Shown in pieces: positions 51,428 to 54,329 of a DNA stretch of 54,329 nt. The notes beneath the pieces are model-generated. The model worked only from the letters and a program-made list of their open reading frames with translations. It was not told the DNA's origin and did no database searches. Origin of the DNA: Clostridia bacterium. Its GTDB lineage: Bacteria; Bacillota; Clostridia; Oscillospirales; CAG-272. The position numbers and the translations under genes are program-made. The stretch's first letter is position 1, and the number at the start of each line of letters is the position of its first letter. The stretch spans positions 1-54,329 of the forward strand of contig JAFUMW010000063.1 in NCBI GenBank assembly GCA_017482465.1, given 5' to 3'.

Positions 51428-52114
51428 ATGTTTTTTTACGGAATAGATACCACTTATCTCATCCTTGTACTGCCCGCTGTGATTTTTGCCTTTTGGGCAC
51501 AGTCAAACGTGCAGTCGACATTCAAAAAATACAGCAAGGTACGTTCGGGAATGACCGGCTATGACAGTGCCCGTGCCATACTCGACGCAAACGGATTAAG
51601 ACATGTTCAGATCGAACGCGTGTCCGGAAACCTTACCGACCACTTTGACCCAAAGACAAATGTTATCAGACTTTCCGAGTCTGTTTACAGCGCGACCACA
51701 GCTGCCGCTGTCGGTGTTGCCGCTCATGAGGCGGGACACGCGGTACAATACGCAGTTGGATACTCACCGATGAAATTAAGAAGCGCTATCATACCGATAA
51801 CCAATATCGGCTCAAACCTTGCGATGCCCCTTATAATTCTCGGTATACTCTTGTCCTTCCCGACGCTTGCCTATCTCGGCATCGCCGCGTTCGGACTTTC
51901 CACCGTATTCCAGCTTGTAACTCTGCCGGTCGAGTTCAACGCAAGCAACCGCGCGATGGACGCGCTCAGATCAGGCGGCAGACTCTCTGCAGAAGAGACC
52001 TCAGCCGCAGGAAAGGTGTTGCGTGCAGCCGCCATGACATATGTAGCGGCTCTTGCAGTATCGCTTGCAAACCTTTTAAGATTTATAACACTCGTCAACC
52101 GTTCAAAAAAATAA
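51428..52114 (+). CDS. membrane zinc metallopeptidase (YugP-like, Zn_peptidase_2 family)
   Basis: N-terminal TM, HEAGHAVQ zinc motif, C-terminal TM segments. Confidence 0.8.
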   Translation: MFFYGIDTTYLILVLPAVIFAFWAQSNVQSTFKKYSKVRSGMTGYDSARAILDANGLRHVQIERVSGNLTDHFDPKTNVIRLSESVYSATTAAAVGVAAHEAGHAVQYAVGYSPMKLRSAIIPITNIGSNLAMPLIILGILLSFPTLAYLGIAAFGLSTVFQLVTLPVEFNASNRAMDALRSGGRLSAEETSAAGKVLRAAAMTYVAALAVSLANLLRFITLVNRSKK

Positions 52115-52135
52115 AGCTTCACGGAGGTCACGACT

Positions 52136-53530
52136 TTGCCCGGAGCAAGAGAGATCGCATATCTCTCGCTTGAGAGATGCGAAAAGCAAAAGAAATATTC
52201 AAATCTTGAAATAGACGCGCAGGTTCGGAAATATAAGCTCTCGGGTGCGGAAAAAGGGCTGTATGTCAGCCTTATATATGGCGTTATCGAAAGAATGATA
52301 ACACTTGATTTTATCGTGTCCTCACTTGCTTCGCGTCCTTTAGAAAAGCTTGACCGAGCGGTTCTTCTGCCGCTCAGACTGGGACTTTACCAGCTTATAT
52401 TCATGGACAGGATACCGCAAAGCGCCGCGGTGGACGAAAGCGTAAAGATAGCAAGCAAGTACGCAAACAAGCCGCTCGGCGGTTTTGTGAACGCGGTACT
52501 TAGAAGCTTTCTTCGCGCAACAGAAAACGGCAGAATCAAAAAGCTTGATGAAATATTTTCTCGTGAGCCATTCAAGAAAAATTACGACTCACTCGGTAAA
52601 TACGCCCGCCTTTCGGTAAAATACTCGTATCCCCAATGGCTCTGCCGTCAATTTGCCGAAGCGTACTCTGATGATACCGCCGAAAGTATCATGGAGGCTC
52701 AAAACGCAAGCACGAGCACAACATTCAGAGTAAACACACTGAAAACAGACCGCGAAGCGGTATTAAAGGAGCTTGCCGAACACAACGTAAGCGCCGTACC
52801 CACACGATTTTCACCCATTGGCATCATATCCGACGGTGTAGCGGTATCAGAGCTGTCAGACCTTTTGGAATGCGGAAAGATCTTTGTACAGGACGAGGCA
52901 TCACAGCTTGCCGCGCTTGCTCTTGATGCAAAAAGCGGCGACACAGTCCTTGACTGTTGTGCCTGTCCGGGCGGAAAAAGCTTTTCAAGTGCGATGCTGA
53001 TGCAAAACACGGGACGTATAGTCTCCTCCGATCTGCATGAGAGCAAGCTGTCGCTAATAAAAAGCGGTGCCGAGCGCCTCGGTATCTCGATAATAGAAAC
53101 ACGTACGGCAGACTCATCGGTATACGACAAAAAATTCGCCGACACACTCGGAAGCGGCGCACAACGCGTGCTGTGCGATGTTCCCTGCTCGGGACTCGGA
53201 GTTATCGCTAAAAAACCCGAGATAAGGTACAAATCCAAGGATGACATCGACAGATTACCGACCGTGCAGATGAAGATACTTCAAAACTGTGCAAAATACG
53301 TTGCACCCGAAGGCATACTCGTATACTCGACCTGTACGCTCAATCCGCGAGAAAACGAAGAAAATATAAAAGCTTTCCTCTCGGAAAATACGGACTTTGA
53401 GCCTGTTGAGATCGAATTCTGTTCAAAGAGCGGAGAAAAAATAAAAAGCGAAAGCGGAATGATAACTCTCTTTCCGCATATTCATAATACTGACGGCTTT
53501 TTCATAGCCAAAATGAGAAGAAAAGCATAG
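52136..53530 (+). CDS. rsmB: 16S rRNA (cytosine967-C5)-methyltransferase
   Basis: TTG start 7 nt after GGAGG. NusB-like N-terminal domain. SAM methyltransferase motifs DCCACPGGKS and VLCDVPCSGLG, ...YSTCT... Confidence 0.85.
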   Translation: MPGAREIAYLSLERCEKQKKYSNLEIDAQVRKYKLSGAEKGLYVSLIYGVIERMITLDFIVSSLASRPLEKLDRAVLLPLRLGLYQLIFMDRIPQSAAVDESVKIASKYANKPLGGFVNAVLRSFLRATENGRIKKLDEIFSREPFKKNYDSLGKYARLSVKYSYPQWLCRQFAEAYSDDTAESIMEAQNASTSTTFRVNTLKTDREAVLKELAEHNVSAVPTRFSPIGIISDGVAVSELSDLLECGKIFVQDEASQLAALALDAKSGDTVLDCCACPGGKSFSSAMLMQNTGRIVSSDLHESKLSLIKSGAERLGISIIETRTADSSVYDKKFADTLGSGAQRVLCDVPCSGLGVIAKKPEIRYKSKDDIDRLPTVQMKILQNCAKYVAPEGILVYSTCTLNPRENEENIKAFLSENTDFEPVEIEFCSKSGEKIKSESGMITLFPHIHNTDGFFIAKMRRKA

Positions 53531-53548
53531 ATCAAGGAGGGATAAGCT

Positions 53549-54329
53549 TTGGTAAGTATAACAGACAAGCCCGATATAATGTCAATGTCCAAAAGTGAGC
53601 TTCGCACTTATCTTACCGAAAGCTTTGACCTTCCGAAATACAGGGCAGACCAGATATTTGACTGGCTTTGCCGCGGAGCTTCGTTTGAGGATATGACAAA
53701 CATTCCGAAAGCTCTTCGCGAAAAGCTTGCAAGCGAGGTCTTCTGCTCGCTTCCGACGATCGAAGCGAAGTTTGTTTCCAAGGTCGACGGTACTGTAAAG
53801 TACCTGTTCAGACTTTACGACGGCAATCTCATTGAAAGCGTCGTGATGCATTACGCCCACGGAAACTCGATCTGTATATCCTCCGAAGTCGGCTGTAACA
53901 TGGGCTGCCGCTTTTGTGCCTCTACTATCGGAGGCATGACGCGAAAGCTTTTACCGGGTGAGATGCTCGGACAGGTAGCACGTGCCGATTTCGACGGAGC
54001 AGACATATCAAACATCGTAATGATGGGTATCGGTGAGCCGCTTGACAACTACGATAACGTCATAAAATTCTTAAAGCTTGTCACAAGCGACGATGGTATA
54101 AACATCGGTGCGCGGCACATATCGCTCTCCACCTGCGGACTTGCCGATAAAATATACGAGCTTGCAAAAGAGGAGCTCGGCATAACCCTCTCAATATCAC
54201 TTCATGCATGCGATGATGAAACACGCTCGTCAATAATGCCTGTAAACAACAAATGGAATATTGAAAAGCTGTTGCGTGCCTGCCGTGATTATTTTATAAC
54301 TACAGGTCGCCGCATATCATTTGAATACA
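53549..54329 (+). CDS. rlmN: 23S rRNA/tRNA (adenine-C2)-methyltransferase RlmN, radical SAM, 3' end cut by the window edge
   Basis: Open frame to the window end, so not in the ORF track. TTG at 53549 is 7 nt after GGAGGG (in-frame ATGs at 53579/53585). ...KYRADQIFDWL..., CxxxCxxC cluster GCNMGCRFCAST. Confidence 0.85.
   Translation, partial: MVSITDKPDIMSMSKSELRTYLTESFDLPKYRADQIFDWLCRGASFEDMTNIPKALREKLASEVFCSLPTIEAKFVSKVDGTVKYLFRLYDGNLIESVVMHYAHGNSICISSEVGCNMGCRFCASTIGGMTRKLLPGEMLGQVARADFDGADISNIVMMGIGEPLDNYDNVIKFLKLVTSDDGINIGARHISLSTCGLADKIYELAKEELGITLSISLHACDDETRSSIMPVNNKWNIEKLLRACRDYFITTGRRISFEY

Noticed and set aside
1-54329. CRISPR arrays, rRNA genes, IS elements/transposases, toxin-antitoxin pairs
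   Set aside because: I looked for regularly spaced direct repeats, rRNA-like conserved stretches and DDE/transposase-like ORFs and saw none. The only repeat structures are those listed: VR/TR, the 8044-8237 motif array, the 14251-14316 repeats and the 46850-46974 duplication.

Overview
The window has two parts. (1) nt 1 to ~15.6 kb is the right-hand end of an AT-richer integrated prophage. It carries a tail fibre/receptor-binding module, a complete diversity-generating retroelement (DGR), xkdX, a lysis cassette with two endolysins, a membrane-anchored moron and a tyrosine integrase. The integrase abuts the 3' end of the host guaA. (2) ~15.6-54.3 kb is GC-richer Firmicutes/Clostridia chromosome. 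A type-I dockerin on a secreted GH3 enzyme suggests a Ruminococcus-like cellulosome producer. This part holds a stand-alone guaA synthetase subunit with a CofE-like gene, an ABC transporter pair, a GNAT, tRNA-Glu, glpQ-like and purC. It then carries a ~17 kb glycoside-hydrolase island: BNR/sialidase-like, a large GH106-like candidate, GH2, GH3-CBM6-dockerin, a GH78 interrupted by an in-frame TAG, two AraC regulators and YtvI. After that come hom, rpsO-pnp, nadA and the conserved yicC-remA-rpoZ-priA-def-fmt-(Zn peptidase)-rsmB-rlmN cluster. The strongest signal is the DGR. A 112-bp variable region (VR) at the 3' end of the tail-fibre gene (7907-8018) matches a template repeat (TR, 8774-8885). 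All 16 differences fall on TR adenines, with an avd-like gene and a YMDD reverse transcriptase alongside. I saw no rRNA genes, CRISPR arrays or IS/transposase genes. All calls come from reading the sequence and ORF translations by eye. No database search was run, so family names are recognition-based and coordinates of small elements are approximate.
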